A stretch of DNA of 64,000 nt. Origin: Mytilus trossulus. Taxonomy: Eukaryota. Positions within the stretch are counted from its first letter, which is position 1. Each line of letters begins with the position of its first letter. The notes under the pieces were generated by a model. It was not told the origin of the DNA and searched no databases. It saw only the letters and a list, made by a program, of their open reading frames with translations. The translations under genes were made by a program, and so were the position numbers. The DNA lies in assembly GCF_036588685.1 (NCBI RefSeq), contig NC_086379.1, positions 12,214,001 through 12,278,000 of the forward strand, read 5' to 3'. Positions 26,501-40,600 of this stretch are shown piece by piece.

Positions 26501-29500
26501 ATCATAAGTTATGAAAATCCAAATTTAAATGATAGGGAATAACTATTAACATTTTAAAACTGATGTTATCGACGTTAATTTTTTTTTTTTTTTTAAAGAT
26601 TTTGATTTCATTTGAAAAAAAATGACTTTTAAAAGAAAATAGTAACACCCGTAATATATTAATGTATTTCTCTGTTGCACCTATAAACAAATTGCTATTT
26701 AGAATGATACAATGATATGCCATTTTTTTTATCAAGAAGTATAATTAAATATAGTCTGATTTAGGTAAAGTATGAATACCATTCTTATCTGTATGACTTT
26801 TGTTTTTTTAGAATAGAAAATGTTCTTTGATTTTATCATGTTAATGGGTTCCTTTCAAACTAATTGTATAACAAGTCATATTTCATTCTATCATGAAACA
26901 GACCCAACACAAATACATTTTATAGTAGTATCAGAAAGATGTGAATAACTAAATACTTTATCCATATTTAGGGTTTGACAGTTGGAACGAAGGCTTTGCA
27001 TGTGACAGCTTTGGATGCTGATGATGGCCCTAATGCGGCTATTACATACTCAATGAAGGTAACATCTTAGTAACTCATGTATTTTACTGATTTTCCATTT
27101 GTTGTATTTGATTTGATCTGCAAATATTTTGATTCGAGCGCTTAAGATAAGAAAGGTGTAAAAGAAATGGGCGTCGATCGATTTCAACTATGAGCACGAA
27201 GTTTTTACCCGTTTTCTAAAAATGATAGGACAGCAGAGTAAAGTAAACGTTTTTGATTTTTAAGTTATTAAAGAAACTGTAATTGTCATGTCCCAGTGTG
27301 TTTGATCTTTTAATTTGTTTATAAGAAAAATACCAGAAGGACATTAACAGTGAAGTCAAAGTGTATAACCATAAGAAGGACGATCAACACTATAGTCAAA
27401 AGTAAAACTGAAATATTAAATTATTGTAAATAAAGGCAGCAGTTGTATACAGTGGTCAAATGTCATAAATCAATTGAGAGAAAGCAAATACGGGTTAAAA
27501 ACTAAAATCGAAAGAAAACACATCAACTTTAAGAGGAAAAGAAAGACAGGAACAACAGGAATACTGAAGTACAACAAAAATAAACGCAAACATTAATGCC
27601 CTTCAATCCTCGTACTTTATTTGATCTTTTTCACATTTTTTTTATTCGAGCGTCACTGCTGAATCTTTTGTAGACGAAACGCGCGTTTAGAAAAATATAA
27701 ACTTTCAGTTATGGTATCCATGATCAGTTTATATACGTAGAATCGACATATTTGATAAAAATAGCCATATCCCTGACTTGGTACAGGACATGTGTACAAA
27801 TACAAACGATCAAAACACTAACAACAATATATAAAAGCAGAAAAACTTAAAACTGGTACTGCTTCTACTTCAAATACTAACAACATAACTTTAAATATAT
27901 TTATTAGCCCCATCTTGTGACGCATCCGTCATCGAGATACAATGCCTTTGATATCGATCCGAGTACTGGAGACATCACATTGAAGGAGGCGCTGCAGCAT
28001 GGACAGACAGTATATCATTATCAGGTCAATGCAACAGTAAGTGATATAAGATATTATAGGCAAGTGCCATTCAGACCTAAAAAATATTTTTAATGCACCT
28101 ATCTAACACACGGCTATATTATATATCATTCGAAAGGAAAAATGTGTAGATTCCATTTTTCCCGGTCGTAAAAATGAAATATGGTGCATTTTTTTTCAAA
28201 TTGGGATCAAAGGTCATTCATAAAAAATTGAAAGAAAAACACTTTTGCAGTATTGTTGTTTTATTTGAAGCAGCTGGTGATATAACTAATTCAATTTTTA
28301 CTTTACACGATATTATGATAACGTCTCTCTGATTCTTAGTTGCATATCGTTCATGGTTTGGCGATAATTGACGTCATTTTGACGTTTTCACTCTACTATA
28401 GGTAAAACGGTACATTCTACAAAAACGTCGTATTATAACAAATATTTGACCTAACATGTGTTAATATTTGCTATAATTGATGGTGTGCCATGCAAAATAA
28501 AAAAGAATGATGAAATATTTGTAAGTTGGACGAGTAAAAGGGAGAGAAAAAACCGCCATAAAAAGAGTAAAAAGTAGACGTCTTTGTCACATCAATAGTG
28601 ACAATAGTCTCTTGTTTGCTAACAGCCTACAAACCGTGTTAAGATCGGAAATCACTATCTAACATGTTTAATACAACCACAAGCAAAGTTTAAAAGGATA
28701 TGTGAATCACATTTTAAGTCTGTCCGTCCGTCAGTCCCCACTTGTTTGCGGCCCATGTCAAATTAAATCAGGTAACTGAAACATGTATACAGATATACAG
28801 TTGATCCGAAAACCAATGATTTCAAATATAAAATGCATTGCCTTGAACTATAGAACTGATGTTAAACACACTTAGTTCAGAGATGTATTATGGGATGGCA
28901 CGTGGTTCCTCATGAATTAAATCAGTTCATTTTAACAGTGGCATTGATATTTTGAGCCGTCAAGTTTTCAAACATTGTTTGATTCGTTCTTGTCTGGTTT
29001 GTGTCCGGTTCATATATTTTGAACCTTTGAACCAGGGTTTTCCAAACTAAGTATGCATAAACATCATATAATAGGGTATGGTCATAAACTAAAATCAGGT
29101 CACTATGATATGGATACAATCATAATGGAGTCCTGTCCGCGACATATATAGCTGCAAAACTAAGGTTTTTACATTGTCAAGTGCCTTTTATGGCCGACTA
29201 TGTGGTATGGGTTTTGCTCATTGTTGAAGGCCATACGGTGACCTACAGTTGTCAATTTCTGTGTCATTTTGGTCTCTGATGGACAGCTGTCTCATTGGCA
29301 ATCATACCACATCCTCTCTTTTTATATTTAGCAAACTTCAGATACAAAAAAAATGAAGACAAGATTTATCGCAAGTAAACTGAACTATTCATGACTTGCA
29401 ACCAGCTTAAGTCGTAAGAGTTGTTGTGAAACTGACCCCAGATGCAAAATAAGAATGCGGTGATTTACAAACTAAACTTAGGTCCCACGGTGACCCTTGT

Positions 29501-32500
29501 TTTGACACTTGGGATTATATACTTTACAAACACTTTAATTTCACTACGTGTTTTTTTTATTACGACTGCATTTTTTTTCACTCACGTTTGTGCAGTCAAA
29601 AGATTTGCAGTTAAAAATGCAAGCATTAATGTCTTACCAGTATTTAAAACTTAGATATATATAGATTTTTATCAACTAATATGAATTTGCGGGATATAGT
29701 TCGGCTAAACCTATATTTAGCTTTTTTTGTCATTCTGGAGGATTTTCTGTGAATAATCTATTTCGTTTAAAGAAACGAAATAAATCTCATTTATTACAAA
29801 TAATGCAATTATGAAATAATAAATGAAATAAGTATGGCGTTCATTATCACTGAACTAGTATACATTTGTTTAGGGGCCAGCTGAAGGACGCCTCCGGGTG
29901 CGGGAATTTCTCGCTACATTGAAGACCTGTAGGTGACCCTCTGCTGTTGTTTTTTTTTTTATTTGATCGGGTTGTTGTCTCTTTAACACATTCCCCATTT
30001 CCATTCTCAATTTTAATTTTCTATTTTGTGATTTTTAACAATGTAAGACAGTTGAAATTCATATTTTAAAACTGAGCCTGTGAAGCTTAATTTTGCTTTA
30101 CTGGAACAATTTTTGATACTTCGCTGTTAATGACATAATTCTGTGTAACAGATGTTTACAATGATTTCAGTACATGTACAAGTTCTCTAATGCATATTTT
30201 TTCCTTCACAAGAACAAATTTATTAAATCCTGAAGAAAGTATGACGTATTTGTTTGCCTGCTTTCAGAACATGTAATTTGAATGATGATGCACTTGGTGG
30301 TATGCGTGACACGATGGCAATCTTTTTTGTTTGAAGTCTGTTATAATGTAGCTTGCTCAAATCGTCTTGATTAGACTTATACATACGTATTTTTGGTTTC
30401 GGACACTTTAGAGTTTTCTTTCAGCACCGATCTACATGTCAATATGAATTTTGTTAAACTTGTGATAGACACGCTATCTATATATTGATGATTTCGAAAG
30501 CGTTAAAAGAGAGTTTTCTTAGATACACAGATAGATGATGAGCTATGTAACTTGTAAGCGCATGAACTGTTGGTAAAGGTACATATATTTGATAAAAGAA
30601 ACTATACATGCACGAAATCAAACTCTTTCAGTCAGTTTAATTGAAGTCTGGAGCTGACATGTCAGTTAACTACTAGTAGTCTGTTGTTATTTATGTATTA
30701 TTGTCATTTTGTTTATTTTCTTTGGTTACATCTTCTGACATCAGATTCGGACTTCTCTTGAACTGAATTTTAATGTGCGTATTGTTATGCTTTTACTTTT
30801 CTACATTCGTTAGAGGTATAGGGGGAGGGTTGAGATCTCACAAACATGTTCAACCCCGCCGCATTTTTGCGCCTGTCCCAAGTCAGGAGCCTCTAGCCTT
30901 TGTTAGTCTTGTATTATTTAAATTTTAGTTTCTTGTGTACAATTTGGAAATTAGTATGGCGTTCATTATCACTGAACTAGTATTTATTTGTTTAGGGGCC
31001 AGCTGAAGGACGCCTCCGGGTGCGGGAATTTCTCGCTACATTGAAGACCTGTTGGTGACCTTCTGCTGTTGTTGTCTCTTTGACACATTCCCCATTTCCA
31101 TTCTCAATTTTACAATAAACATGGTGCATCGCCGACCATAATTCACACTGGTTAAAGACCTCGTAAACAGCACACAATTGTTCCATGTCTACACTACAAC
31201 GAAGTGTCAGATCATCGTCGACCCTCTGACATTACTCCTCTTAAATTGTTAATTCGTATTTAGAATAAGAAGCCTGATAATATCATATTATAAGCCCGGT
31301 ACCTTTGATAAGTATGATTAAAAGGACACTATGATCTATGTATACCAGAGACTAAATGCTTTGAGGTAAACAACTATAGCTTATCGTATGGCTAAAACAA
31401 GAAGCAATTGCCAACACCGTACATAAGCTATAAAGGTTATAAAACAATTTTAATTAGATACTCAAAAGCTTGATTCGTGCTCAAAACTACAAACAAAAGC
31501 AAAAATCATAAAAAGCAACTAACGACAACCATAATGAATAACAAATCAATTTGAAAGATATTAGGCATATGATCGCTTGCCTACGTTAGACACGTGTTTC
31601 GTCGACATAAGACTCATCGGTGACGCTCGAACCAAGTAAAACTTCGTAGAATATTTAAAAACATGTAATCCTATTTAAAATACAGCATAAGTAACATATA
31701 CCCCCTGAGGTAGAACATTTATTGCATTTCAAATATCTACGAAAAATTCAAAATGATCAACTAAATGAATTGATATCCCCATACATTAAAGTATTTATAG
31801 CATGTCAACATACAGGTTCTTGACGTGGCCCTAGCACATACGCTATGCTTCCTCTAAAATACTGACCAAATTTGCACCATCGATAAGTCTACCGTGTGCG
31901 ATAGTTAAAACGGTAGGAAATTTAAAAGGTGGACATATATCTCACGTTCAAGTTCATGGTAAAAATATCAGATTTGACACATTTTTGCGTACTTTTATTT
32001 GCAAAAGTAAAATGTGCGTTGATCCAATTGAGAAAGAAGTATTTTTCAATAGTTATTCGTAATTTCTTTTTTGTAAGTGCAAATTGACTAAGAACAGTAA
32101 GATATTGGTTTTCTACTAAGAAAAAAACGTTGACATTTCAGCTTCTGTGAGCCTTTTAATTTATTTTTTTTTATACTTTGCGTAATAGTAGTACCAAAAT
32201 TGCCTTCGTGGTTATTCATATTCTTTTATTCGAAGCGTTCCATAAACTTTAGGGAAAGAAAGCGATTTCGGAAATTTGATTGAAAAGGGGGAGTGTGTAA
32301 AAAATGCATAAAATTCAGAATAATACAGTGATAATGATATGTTTTAAACAAGTCATGAACTCTTGAATAATACGAACATCATTAATTTTGGTTTCAAGCC
32401 GAAAATATCTACAAAATGAAAAAAAAATATGAAAATTGGCACCATTTTTATAAAAAAAAATCCAAAATTGTTACAAAAATCTTTTTTTTTCTCAAAGATT

Positions 32501-35328
32501 ACTTTTTTTATTTTTGAAAAGTATTTCTTTATTCATTGACATGTTAAACGTACATAATTTTTGCATTATGACAACAGAAAATAAAGCTACATGTTATTTT
32601 TTTCACGCTTCAACACTGTTGGTCATTTTTCAATTTGGAATTATTTCTCGATTTTAATTCAATTTTTACAAAAAATGCACAATACGATTTTTTTACGACC
32701 GACGAAAAACGGAAGTTCAGATATTATACTATAACACATAAAAAATTCAGCTGTGTGTTAGGTGGGTGCATTAAAGTCACTAACTAAGCGTCTTTTCTGG
32801 AAATGTCACTCGCCTATTATCATATACTTAGAATAAATAACATATGATTTTTACCGTATGATAATAGCATTAAATTAAAGTATTTTCCATATTTTTCGAA
32901 TTGGTGCTTAGCGGGCTGATATGAAAAGTTTATCACATGCTTCGATTGTTATCACATTTCGTTCCGTAACGTTATCACATGGCATTCCGGTGATACTCGG
33001 CAAATTCCGGAAAATACACCTCATTGATCAATGCTACGTTTTCAGTGAAAACCATTACAAAGTAGTGTACAAAACAATTATTTGAATACTGGAAAGTATA
33101 TTGTGTCAAAATAATTAAAAAAAATTGAAAAAAAATTAAATAAATGCATTTTTTTAGTTTTTCCGTCTAAAACATAATTTAGAAAGTTACTTTAAAAAAG
33201 TTGACTTTTCCAAACAATGTCCATTATGTATATTGTTGAATTATTTTTTGTCGACTCGTCCATATTAAAATGTGGTTGTTTTTTCTCTGTTGAGGCATAT
33301 GATGGAAAGATTTCATATTGAATGTATCAAATTTTGGGTCCGACATCCGTGAACTTTTTACTCTTTCAACTTATTTTCGGGAACCACGTAAAAGGATCAA
33401 TATATGAATCTGTTCTTTTTCTCTACCGTTGAAGCATATGGTAAAAAGATCATAACATGTCATTTTTCATATCGCATGTATTATCAGCCCTCGGTCAATA
33501 TCAGCCCTCGAGCCATGCGGCTCTTGGGCTGATATTGAACCTAGGGCTGATAATACATGCGATACGAAAAATGCCATGTAATAATCTGATAATATATAGT
33601 GTATTTTTGTGGTAAGACGATAAAAAACGAAAAGTTATTTAAATTTGAAAACTTAAATCTAACATTGCAATTATAGTAATCGTTGGTGATATAAATGATA
33701 TAAGGGGTATAATTTCCCTGGAATTACCTATTACATATTATCTTCGCTAGCCAAGGGTTACGATCACCTCCCGCTCTCTTCACCCTTGGCGGATTGAGAT
33801 AATATTTCGGAGACACAAGGTAAGGATTTTAATTGGTTGCAGTCAAAACTCGCTGCATCCAATCAAAAAGTGCCTATAACATGATCACGTGTAAATGTAG
33901 AAAGTGTTTGTAAACAATTACCACGGTTTATGGTGCAACAAGTCTTTACATCCCTAAACATACGACTATTTAGTGACAACTTGACTGTTTTTAAACAACC
34001 AATAGTAGTTCCTGTGTATGTTTCATGCACAAATGCATGGATGTTGACGTATATTTACATTTCCGGCTATACCAAGTGTGTAGAGTCTAGACGCTACCGT
34101 GTTTTTACCTCAAATTTGAAGAGTTCAAATGCTACCATTGGTCAATAATAATGTATTCGGAATGGGCGTGATTTTTATCTTCCGATAGATGGCGCAACAT
34201 TGTTATCACAAATGTTGGCTTAATCCGCCAAGGGTGAAGAGAGCGGAAGAGGATCGTAACCCTGGGCTAGCGAAGATGATTACATATAAACAGTTTAACA
34301 TTGAATCATGATTTGATAAGGCATTCGATTTTCTAATGCATGTAAAGATATGATCAAACAATAAATAATATTGGAACAAACTGTCACAATTAATTAACTC
34401 AGCAAATACATATAAAATAATTCAGCAACCCAAACACTAAAGAGAGATGTTAGATTAAGGGAAATTTCATAGAATCGCAGTTTGTTTGAGCTCTTTTAAA
34501 GTACTTAAAATGTTGATTTTAATCTTGCTTCGAAAGTGACATAACAGAATGTAGAATCGAATGCCGCTTATTGTGTCTACGCATCCATTCTCGCATCTAT
34601 TGAAGTTCATTCAATTTTATTATTTCTTGTTTCTGACATTGAATCGCCTTCTTAAAAGAATAATTAGTTTTAAACATCAGTAAACTACTATTGCTTATTT
34701 TCATTTTTTTATGACGTTTAGATCCACCAATTATTAACTTGTTATACATGTAGCTCAAATTCATGAGTGTGCTACTTTCATTGTAAGGTGATGTCAAACA
34801 TTTCTTTTGTCCAGAACGGTACTCCAACATAGCAAATGAACGCGCGTTACATTTTAAAGAAGACAGGCGAAGGATACCAGAGGGACATTCAAACTTATAG
34901 ATAACAAATGAACTGACAACCATATGGCTAAAATAGTAAAAAAAACAGACTAATAAACGTACACGAGACACAACATAGAAAACTTAAGACTAAGCAACAT
35001 GAACACCACAAAAAATTGGGTTGATCTCAGGTAGTCAAGAAAGGTCAGCAGAACCTGCTCTACATGTGGCACCCATCGTGTTGATCATGTTATTACAAAC
35101 CCGGTAAATAGTCGGAAGATTGCATTGATGAAAAGGGAACTTGGTTGTAGTTACGACATAAGGAACATATCCGATATCATTTGTGAAACGGCTGTTCAAA
35201 TTAGACTGTTTAAACATTGTACTCTATACAGTAAAGGTCTGTATATATTTCAGGATGGTGGAATCCCACAGCATGTGGCATCAGCCTTAGTGGATATATC
35301 CATTCTAGATTTTGGTGTGATTGGCTGA
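20545..35328 (+). CDS. Secreted two-cadherin-domain protein, paralogue A (242 aa)
   Basis: Exons 20545-20590 (signal peptide MEMIGSLSIVVIFCL), 22251-22340, 23118-23278, 23791-23841, 25735-25824, 26972-27058, 27908-28036, 35254-35328 (TGA); 729 nt in frame, all GT-AG. Motifs RENS, PDRE, DDVNDNAPFF, DADDGPNA, ATDGG. No TM segment. AATAAA at 35353. Confidence 0.85.
24535..24850 (+). repeat. Retrozyme-like repeat copy with deleted hammerhead core
   Basis: Homologous to the other units; the core is reduced to GCGTCACTGTATGTAGACGGAATGCGCGTC. Confidence 0.65.
30614..31112 (+). mobile_element. 5'-truncated non-coding copy of the Naiad element's 3' end (shorter copies at 29830-30015 and 47197-47325)
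   Basis: Highly similar to the reverse complement of 49876-50400. Confidence 0.85.
31583..31626 (-). ncRNA. Hammerhead-like motif in a decayed retrozyme repeat
   Basis: Minus strand GCGTCA-CCGATGA-GTCTTATGTCGAC-GAAA-CACGTG-TC-TAACGT. Confidence 0.6.
33455..33579. repeat. ~125-bp near-perfect inverted repeat (end of a non-autonomous element)
   Basis: ACATGTCATTTTTCATATCGCATGTATTATCAGCCCT..AATATCAGCCC / GGGCTGATATT..AGGGCTGATAATACATGCGATACGAAAAATGCCATGT. Confidence 0.75.
33739..34278. mobile_element. MITE with ~55-bp TIRs and a 9-bp TSD
   Basis: TIR ATCTTCGCTAGCC.AGGGTTACGATC..CTCT(C)TTCACCCTTGGCGGATT. ATTACATAT is duplicated at 33730-33738 and 34279-34287. Confidence 0.8.
34860..35195 (-). 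repeat. Dispersed repeat, probably the 3' end of a second Penelope-like family (also 8130-8300, 36290-36430, 59715-59885)
   Basis: The copies are mutually homologous, and the copy at 8130-8300 directly follows the decayed RT fragment in the same orientation. Confidence 0.6.
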
Positions 35329-37614
35329 TCTTTTGTTTAAAATAATTGGAAGAATAAACAAATGATTCTGCTTTCCAATTTGATTTTTTATGAACGAATG
35401 TCATGAATGTTATGATTTATCATTATGTTGCTATAAAAAATTAATGAGTACGAAAATGATGTAGATCATAATCAACAGCTATTTACTAAGAATTTTCTGG
35501 TATAACACACAATTTCTAATGAAGTTCTTACTTTTAAATATGCATTTGTGTTACATTGAAATAACATTTATAGCACTGTAAGAAGAGCCAAAAGAGTAAT
35601 TTGCATTTTTTTTAACCTATTATGGATACATAAGAATGAATAAGAAACGTTAACTCGTACATGTCATATGATAATAACATTGAGGTAGGAATGAGGTTTG
35701 TGTCTGAGAGCCAACAAACCGGCCATATGACAGAAAACAGCTGAACGCCATCATTGGGTCTTGAACACAGCTAGAAAATCACACATCTGAAGGTGGGCTT
35801 CAGCTGGCCCCTTAAAACCATTTACTAGGTAAGTGAAATTGGGCATCAATCTAAACTCCACAACATATAAATGAACTATAAGACTAATAAAGGTCAAGGC
35901 TCCTGACTTGGGACACCAGTACTGACTGTTATCGACTGGTTAATTCGTAAAACACTAGTTATTTATTCGGTCTACGACAATGTACAGAACGAACTTTCTA
36001 TATATAGTTCTAAACTTGATGCCCCTTTCTGTCTCATTTGAACAACATCTTTAATGAAATACTACTATACATTGTACTCTTATCTCATTTGTTCCATATT
36101 TTAGACACAGTTTCTAATTTGGTTTCTATCTTAACATGTATGGGTCACTTTAAACATGGTTTAAACTATCGAAATTTGTTTAATGAGATAATTTGAATTT
36201 TCTTATAACAAAACTATGTTTAAATAATGATATTAGGATCCTAGCATCTGTATTGTAAATCAGCGAAAAATATCAAAAGCACTTACAAACTATAAAGACG
36301 TCGCCGTGGCTTAACATTATAAAAGACCAACAGACAACAGCAGTACACAAAACACAACATAGAAACTTAACACTGCAACTGTAATCCCACAAACAAACTG
36401 GTGATCTCAGGTGCTCCTGCAGGGTAAAGGTTCCTATGCCGCATACTATATTCAGTATTATATGAGGAAACGAGCCCAAATTCTAAATAAGTACCAAAAT
36501 GTACCTCTTTTTTTTATCTTCTTTAAGATTATCTTTGCTCAAGCATGTCAAGGGTTGAATATACGACGCCATTTTTTTTTATAAGTTTACAGTATAATTG
36601 AGTCAATAAATAAACTATTTACCATCACGCGACAATACAAAAAAATAACAATAAGGCATAGTGCATTCTTTAAGTGTATAAAAATCACCTCAGTCAATTG
36701 TCCTCAGAATATAATATACTAATACATCATTGGTGAATCGAACAAAATTTTTAAAAAAATGTATGATATACAAACTTGCACATGGTTTATTCAAGATAAA
36801 AATTTAAGAAATGATAGCTGTAATGAAAAGTAATGTAATACAAAAACTAAGCAAGCAATGATTTGGTTTTTTTTCATATTTCATCACGGGTATTTAATTA
36901 TTTTTTTTCCTCCCCGAAACATACATTTGTACTTGTGAACTTTGTTCAAGAATGTTTTAGGTAGTGTTTTATATGCTCAAATACTTTTCTAAAACCTTGA
37001 CGAATACAACCGCATGCGCAGTCGAGTGTGTCAGTTCTGCAGTACCAATAGGAAAACAAAATGTCAGACAGTACTACATGTGAACATTTCTATTTATTGT
37101 CCAATGACGTGTCCTTATAACATGTGAAACTTGTTAACTTCTTATCTACCTTTGGTGACCTTTAAAGGACACATATGAAAACAATTTCGTGACCAAAGAC
37201 AGACCAACGACAGACCAGGTATATTTATTTGATTGTTTAACCTAAAATTTTCCTCAATCATGTTTATATAAAAAAAATGTTCTCTATTTATGTTTATTTT
37301 CTGTAAAACTTGCAGTACCAATTATGTTTTATTGTCGTAACTTTAAATCAAGTAAATTGCGTTTTGGTTTACTTTTATTTCAAGGCACTGTTTTGTTCTC
37401 TCTAGTAGAAATATCCTGGGTTTATACTTTTCTGCAGAAAAATAATAAGATTGTAGATACAGAAATAGTTTAAATTTAATTAGCAAGATACGAAACTACC
37501 TTCTAAATGTTCTCCGTTACATAAACGAAGACGTACTGATCAAAATCATTTGATTAATAAACTTTAGCAGCTATTAATTGTACAGTACTGCTTTTAGATA
37601 GAAACCTGGAGGAA

Positions 37615-40600
37615 ATGTTCTGGAAGTATGTTGCCGTCCTTACTATACTTATGTTTGGTAAGTAAATAAACTTGTAAAAAGCGTTGATGCTGTTACTTCA
37701 ACACGTTCGATAGCTCTTCTGGTTGACCAGAAGTTCCCTAGGTATTACTGTCCCATCAGCTATATACAAACGAACTGACATGGAAATTAGGATGTAATGC
37801 TATTGCAATATGCTGTAATCAATCTTCAAAACCCATTTTGAAGAAATGTTTTTCCTCACACTTAGATCTGACTCTTTGTTTGTTAGTGTACCCATTCTAG
37901 CTTTTCAAATCATATTAGCTCTTCATGGTAAACATCCTATATGTCATATGATCGATCATCAATGAAGATGAATTAATTGTCGAAATTGTTGAAATGCGCT
38001 TCTGGTGCAAAAAGATAAGCAACATAATGCTATTAACAATGGTTAACATTCTTAGTGGTTTAAGGAGTATTTTCAAAGTTCTTATTTTGAATTCATTTTT
38101 CCAAATCTGATACCAAAAGTTTAAATAAATATGAAACGAAATACAACTGCCTACAAAATAACTGTATCAAGGTATGTTATTTCAAATAATGATCATCCTT
38201 TTCGGTAAAAATAACGACCTAGGCTTAAAAACACTTTTTCTACATTTTCGTGCAAATGGATTTATTGGACTGTTAAATGGTACAGCGGTTCGCTAAAGAG
38301 ATACATTTTGTAATCCATGCTACTTATAGTATACATGAAATCTTTTATCAAAATGATCTAAACTGGATAATTGTTTTCGACTATTGTAAAATTGCAATAC
38401 AACTGTGCAACCTTTTTCGAGTACAATTACTGAAAAAGGAGTATGAAATATAAAAACAAGAATAATATCTACTGAAACTGTTGATTCATTGATATTTAAT
38501 AGATACATATGTTCATGAATTTTGTTGGTACTGACGAACTTCAAAATTCCATGTAAAACGAATGATAACATTTCTATAGGCTTGTATGCACTGTTGATAA
38601 GGTATAAATAATTCACGAAATTTGGTACTAACGAAAAACCGAAAACAAATTAATCTCAAGTGTCTGAATAAGGTATATCTTAATAAAGTAACTATGTATA
38701 TGACCAATATCATGATTTATATTTGTAGAATACACAACGGCTTTAGTTATACATAAGCCGCCAATAATTCACACCAATCATCCATACCTAAATATCAAGG
38801 AAAATTCAAGAGCGGGTACGTAAATTTTGAGTGCCAATGAGAGATCTCTACAACAAGTAACAATGTGTAAAAAGTTAACAACTATAGATCAAAGTACGGC
38901 CTTAAACACAGAACCTATGATCAAACCAAACAACAAGTGATAAAAGGCCCCAAAATAACAAATTTAACCCCGCCACATTATTCATGTATGTGCCTCTCCC
39001 AAGTCAGGAGCCTGTATATTCAGTGGTTGTCGTATGTTTATGTGTTACATATTTGTTTTTTGTTCATTTCTTTACATAAATAAGGCCGTTAGTTTTCTCG
39101 TTTGGATTGTCTTACATTGTCTTATCGGGGCCTTTTATGGCTGACTACATGCGGTATGGCCTTTGTTCTTTGTTGAAGGCTGCACGGTGACCTATAGTTG
39201 TTAATGTCTGTGTCATTTTGGTCTTTTGTGGATAGTTGTCTCATTGGCAATCATACCACATCTTCTTTTTTAAATGTAAAACAATTCAACTTGAAAACCA
39301 ACTGTCCAATCTATAACAAAAAAAAAGAGAAACGAAAAACACTGAACAAACAATCTACCCACTAAAATATTTCAATTATACATTTACAAAGCAAAGTAAG
39401 GCGGCAACTTTTACCGAAGAGCTGACTTATTGGCTTGTGATACCCTCGGAGACAAAACGTCAATTGGCAACGACCTAGTGGTGTAAATATTTATCAAAGG
39501 TACCAGGCTTATAAATTTATACGTCAGACGTACGACATTTAAACGACGAGCATGTTTTTGCTGAAATACACCAAATCGACAAAACCATCTTAGTTTCTCT
39601 GTGACCAATGTTCTTGTGTATGTTTGAGCTGTATTACTGTCACTTAGTGTTGTCATTTTAGCTAAACAAAATAACATTGTCATAAAGCGGGAGCTTTTGC
39701 TAGCTTTTAACCAGGTTGTCAACTAGCCCGTTTCTATGTTTGTTTACGGGTTTTTTTACACAACAATGTTCCTGCTGTCCCTTTTTCCCTCTGAGAGTTG
39801 ATGTGCTTCCCTCAGTTTTAGTTAATAGCCAAGATTTGTTTTCTCTCAATCGAGTTATGACTTTTGAACACCAGTTTATTACTGTTGTCTTTATTTAACA
39901 CTTGTGTTGCTAGTTATTGATTAATAATAATGTTGAGTAAACAAGTTTATAGTTTTATATTTTCTTTTTCTTTTTTTTTATGAAAGATCATAAAAGGACA
40001 ACTAAATGAATAGATAGATAGATAAATCCCTTTAATCTCGTGAGACTCCGTACACATTCATAATACTGAAGAAAATAAAAAATACTATGCTAAATTGCAC
40101 TTTTATTTTAGGGACAGAGTTTGTCATAATAGATGCTTCAAGTCAAACAAATGACACAGTAACTATAACAACACACGACAATGCCACAGCAGCAAGAGTA
40201 TATCTGTTCCCAACAAGATTAGGAATCAATTCAACATACAGAGTTGCTCTTAAGAAGATCCCGGATAGAGAGGTACTGATATTACGTTACATTATTTACA
40301 TAATGTGTATTTCAGTTCAGTAATTTAATATATAGCACGATAGTGTAGTGTTTCCTACAGGTGGTTTTGGCGTGTAATGGCGCCCTGCCGCGATTTCTCG
40401 ACGCCCTGCCCTTTTTGGGAAAAAAAATTTGGCGCCCTGCCCTAATATTGTCGAAATTCCTGACGCCATGCCTTTATCGTCGTAATTAACATACTGAAAG
40501 ACATATTTTATGAATACCGCTCGAGTTATTTCACTTCAAAGGTAAACAAAAGTTCACTAGGACGCCATTTTGTAATCGATTTCGTAATCAGCTGATTAGC

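Larger units (their letters stand above)
28057..32816. mobile_element. Old TIR DNA transposon (TAG..CTA termini, TTA TSD; Academ-like) carrying nested insertions
   Basis: Left TAGGCAAGTGCCATT..TTAATGCACCTATCTAACACACGGCT..GGTCGTAAAAA matches the reverse complement of the right end, TAGGCGAGTGACATT..TTAATGCACCCACCTAACACACAGCT..GGTCGTAAAAA. TTA flanks both ends. Confidence 0.6.

Noticed and set aside
31590-31597. CACGTG versus CGCGCG in hammerhead stem III as evidence of covariation
   Set aside because: The change is exactly what CpG deamination on both strands would give, so it is not independent evidence of selection.
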